From an uncultured SAR86 cluster bacterium (GTDB lineage Bacteria > Pseudomonadota > Gammaproteobacteria > Magnimaribacterales > D2472): a DNA stretch of 61,766 bases. Location of the stretch: contig CACPON010000003.1 in the NCBI GenBank assembly GCA_902635645.1, positions 1 through 61,766 on the forward strand, written 5' to 3'. The notes beneath the pieces are model-generated. The model saw only the letters and a program-made list of their open reading frames with translations, made no database searches and was not told the DNA's origin. A program made the position numbers and the translations under genes. Positions 58,979-61,766 of the stretch are shown one piece after another; position 1 is the stretch's first letter, and each line of letters starts with the position of its first letter.

Positions 58979-59917
58979 ATGTATTCGATTGCAGCTTTAT
59001 ATAAATTTTCAACAATCATTAATCCAGAAGAATTACAAAATACAATTCGTATTAAGCTTAAAGAGTTTTCCATATATGGAACCATCTTAGTAGGTGAAGA
59101 GGGGTTAAATGGCACCATATCAGGAAATGATAATAATTTAAAATTAGCCATAAATTTTATTTCGTCTATAAAAGGATTTTCTGATTTGGATGTCAAATAC
59201 TCCAGGTCAGAAATAAATCCGTTTGTTAGATTAAAAGTTAAGTTAAAAAAAGAAATAGTAACAATAGGTGATGAGTCAATAGACCCTAATAGGGTTGTAG
59301 GTAAATATATAGAGCCAGAAGACTGGAATGCATTAATTAGTGATGAAAATACAATTTTAATTGATACAAGAAATAACTATGAATGTTCTATTGGTACCTT
59401 CAAAAATGCAATCAATCCTAATACAGTAAAATTTAGAGATTTTCCTAGCTGGGTAGATGAGCAAAATTTTTCTGAAGAAGAAAAAAAAGATAAAAAATTT
59501 GCAATGTTTTGCACTGGTGGCATTAGATGTGAAAAAGCTTCATCTTTAATGCTGGACAAGGGTTTTCAAAATGTAAGTCATCTCAAGGGTGGAATCTTAA
59601 ATTATTTTAAAAAAATTGATAAAAATGAAAGCATGTGGAATGGAGAATGTTTCGTTTTTGATGACAGAGTCTCAGTCACCCATGATCTAACTGAAGGCAG
59701 CTATGATATGTGTCATGGATGTAGAATGCCGATAACTGACAAAGACAAACTGGCAAAAGAATACATAAGAGGAGTTGCATGTCCATCTTGCTTCAATAAG
59801 AAAACTCCAGAACAAAAAGCTAGATATATGAGTCGACAAAAACAAGTTGATTTAGCAAAGAAAAGGAACCAAAAACATATTGGTCCAAAAGAAGAAGTAC
59901 ATAACCCCAAGTCCTAA
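58979..59917 (+). CDS. trhO: Rhodanese-related tRNA U34 hydroxylase TrhO (YceA/UPF0176)
   Basis: EGLNGTI, KKEIVT, DTRNNYE, FCTGGIRCEK, LKGGILNY and GECFVFDDR motifs. Confidence 0.92.
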   Translation: MYSIAALYKFSTIINPEELQNTIRIKLKEFSIYGTILVGEEGLNGTISGNDNNLKLAINFISSIKGFSDLDVKYSRSEINPFVRLKVKLKKEIVTIGDESIDPNRVVGKYIEPEDWNALISDENTILIDTRNNYECSIGTFKNAINPNTVKFRDFPSWVDEQNFSEEEKKDKKFAMFCTGGIRCEKASSLMLDKGFQNVSHLKGGILNYFKKIDKNESMWNGECFVFDDRVSVTHDLTEGSYDMCHGCRMPITDKDKLAKEYIRGVACPSCFNKKTPEQKARYMSRQKQVDLAKKRNQKHIGPKEEVHNPKS

Positions 59918-59918
59918 T

Positions 59919-60569
59919 ATGCCAATACTTTACTCTTTTAAAAGATGCCCTTATGCAATGAGAGCAAGAATGGCAATATATTTATCTCAAATAGTTGTTG
60001 AGCACAGGGAAGTAAGTTTAAAAAATAAACCAAAATCAATGATGGAAATATCTCCAAAAGGTACTGTGCCAGTACTTCTATTAGAAAACGGAGATGTTAT
60101 AGATGAAAGTATGGATATTATAAATTGGTGTTTAGAAACAAAAAGTAGAGTATTTAAAGATATCCTCGATGATAGTCAAAAGGCATTTACAAAAAAAATA
60201 ATAAAGATATTCGATGAAAAATTTAAATTCCATTTAGATAGATATAAATATGCTACACGATATAAAAATGTTGACGCAGTTTCTCATAGGGATACATGTC
60301 TTGATATTCTTAAAACTTTAGATAAAAACATCAATAACACCAAATGGTTTTTTTCAAACAATGTTAATAAAATTGATATATCCGTATTACCATTTATTCG
60401 TCAATTTAGAATCGCAGACCCTTTATGGTTTGATGCAAATCAGGATATTCCAAATATTCAAATATGGCTAGAAAACTTTCTCCAAAGCAAGTTATTAAAT
60501 GAAGTTATGATTAACTTTGATGCATGGGATCCAAACGATCCAATTAAGTTATTTCCTACAAACCTATAG
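59919..60569 (+). CDS. Glutathione S-transferase family protein
   Basis: MPILYSFKRCPYAMRAR, SPKGTVPVL, DESMDI and PFIRQF motifs; ATG 59919 after the trhO stop. Confidence 0.88.
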   Translation: MPILYSFKRCPYAMRARMAIYLSQIVVEHREVSLKNKPKSMMEISPKGTVPVLLLENGDVIDESMDIINWCLETKSRVFKDILDDSQKAFTKKIIKIFDEKFKFHLDRYKYATRYKNVDAVSHRDTCLDILKTLDKNINNTKWFFSNNVNKIDISVLPFIRQFRIADPLWFDANQDIPNIQIWLENFLQSKLLNEVMINFDAWDPNDPIKLFPTNL

Positions 60570-61766
60570 AATCATATGCCAAAGCAATTTTCTCTATAGC
60601 AACTAAATATGCGGCAGTCCTAAAATCTGTAATCTTATTATTTTTTATGTAGGCTTTTTTAACTTCTTGAAATCCATCTATCATCATATCGTCCAAACCC
60701 GATCTAACAAGATCTATTTCTTCTATACCTTTTAGAAAGTTATCTTTATATTTTTGCGGCATAGACTTACCAGTCATTTGTTCAATAGCTTCTATGAGTG
60801 TGTTTAGTTGAAATTGATTTCTCCTTTTTTCTAATCGACCAAAACGAATATGCCTTATATTTTTAACCCACTCAAAGTAACTAACTGCAACACCGCCTCC
60901 GTTAGCAAGAATATCTGGTATGACAAATATCTTTTTTCTATTTAGAATTTGATTACCTTTGTAACTTACTGGACCGTTAGCAGCTTCAACAATTAATTTA
61001 GCAGAAATATCTCCAGCATTTTTTTCAGTAATAACATTCTCACGTGCTGCTGGTATTAGAATATCGCAGTTCCTTTTTAGAAGTAGGGAAGAATCCTTTA
61101 CAAAATTAGCATTTGGATAATTCTCAAATGATTTATGTTTTGAAAAATATTTTTTTGCATGCTCTACATTAATACCTTCTTCATTAAATATACCGCCGTT
61201 ATATTCTGAAATTCCTATGAGATTTACGTGATCTTCTTCTGTAAGAAATTTTGAAAGGTGATAGCCAACATTACCAATTCCTTGGACTATCATTGATTTA
61301 GTTGATAGGTTGTCATCAAGTTTTACTTTTTTTAGTAAGTCTGGATTTCTAAAAAACTCTCTAACTATAAACTGAACACCTCTGCCGGTAGCTTCTTCTC
61401 TTCCGGGTAGCCCATTTTTGTTTGGTGGTTTGCCCGTAACACATGCTGCACCATTTATATCGCTTGGATGAATCTTTCTATATTCATCTGCAATCCATGC
61501 CATCTCTCTCGAAGATGAGCCTATATCCGGAGCAGGGACGTTCATTGATGGGCTAATTAAATCTCTTTTAATAAGTTCTTGCGCAAACCTTCTAGTAATT
61601 TTTTCAAGCTCTCTCTTTTCCCAGTCTGCAGGATTAATCTTTAGACCTCCCTTAGAGCCTCCAAAAGGAACGTTAATAATGGCACATTTATATGACATTA
61701 ATGCTGCAAGAGCTTCTACTTCTTCAGAGTTTGTGTGCATATCAAATCTAATACCGCCTTTGGTTG
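60556..61766 (-). CDS. Glu/Leu/Phe/Val dehydrogenase (glutamate dehydrogenase), 5' part outside the window
   Basis: Frame is open to the window edge (PTKGGIRF); PFGGSKGG, VPAPD, GREEATGRG, QGIGNVG, EAANGP and SYFEW motifs. Confidence 0.93.
   Translation of the reverse strand, partial: TKGGIRFDMHTNSEEVEALAALMSYKCAIINVPFGGSKGGLKINPADWEKRELEKITRRFAQELIKRDLISPSMNVPAPDIGSSSREMAWIADEYRKIHPSDINGAACVTGKPPNKNGLPGREEATGRGVQFIVREFFRNPDLLKKVKLDDNLSTKSMIVQGIGNVGYHLSKFLTEEDHVNLIGISEYNGGIFNEEGINVEHAKKYFSKHKSFENYPNANFVKDSSLLLKRNCDILIPAARENVITEKNAGDISAKLIVEAANGPVSYKGNQILNRKKIFVIPDILANGGGVAVSYFEWVKNIRHIRFGRLEKRRNQFQLNTLIEAIEQMTGKSMPQKYKDNFLKGIEEIDLVRSGLDDMMIDGFQEVKKAYIKNNKITDFRTAAYLVAIEKIALAYDSIGL

Overview
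An AT-rich, very compact gammaproteobacterial chromosome segment. Low GC, tiny or overlapping intergenic spaces and the gene order are most consistent with a streamlined marine SAR86-like genome, but that taxonomy is inference. Content is mostly housekeeping: (rpsP)-rimM-trmD-rplS-xerD-dsbC-alaC-hom-thrC-prfB-lysS, a Xanthomonas-type arginine operon (argF'-argG-argB/A-argC-argH), acyl-CoA dehydrogenases, sbcB, dsbD, ibpA, recX-dnaX-recR-dcd, purMN, hda, sppA, wrbA, xseA, htpG, gpsA, folD, trhO, a partial glutamate dehydrogenase and six tRNAs. I saw no prophage, transposon or CRISPR array. The most striking signal is non-coding. Directly upstream of the arg operon is a complete classical ribosome-mediated transcription attenuator: a 14-aa leader peptide with tandem Arg codons (AGA CGG) and mutually exclusive 1:2, 2:3 and 3:4 hairpins ending in a U-tract. 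Amino-acid attenuation is textbook for trp/his/thr/leu/ilv/phe, but I do not know it as the established control mode for arginine. Other notable items are a candidate anti-Shine-Dalgarno small RNA whose promoter resembles that of a neighbouring pseudoazurin operon (which contains an un-called 51-aa ORF), an acidic tandem-repeat extension on ribosomal protein L19, a prfB without its frameshift, a slippage-prone A10 run in dnaX, a ROSE-like thermometer on ibpA, and many apparently leaderless genes.
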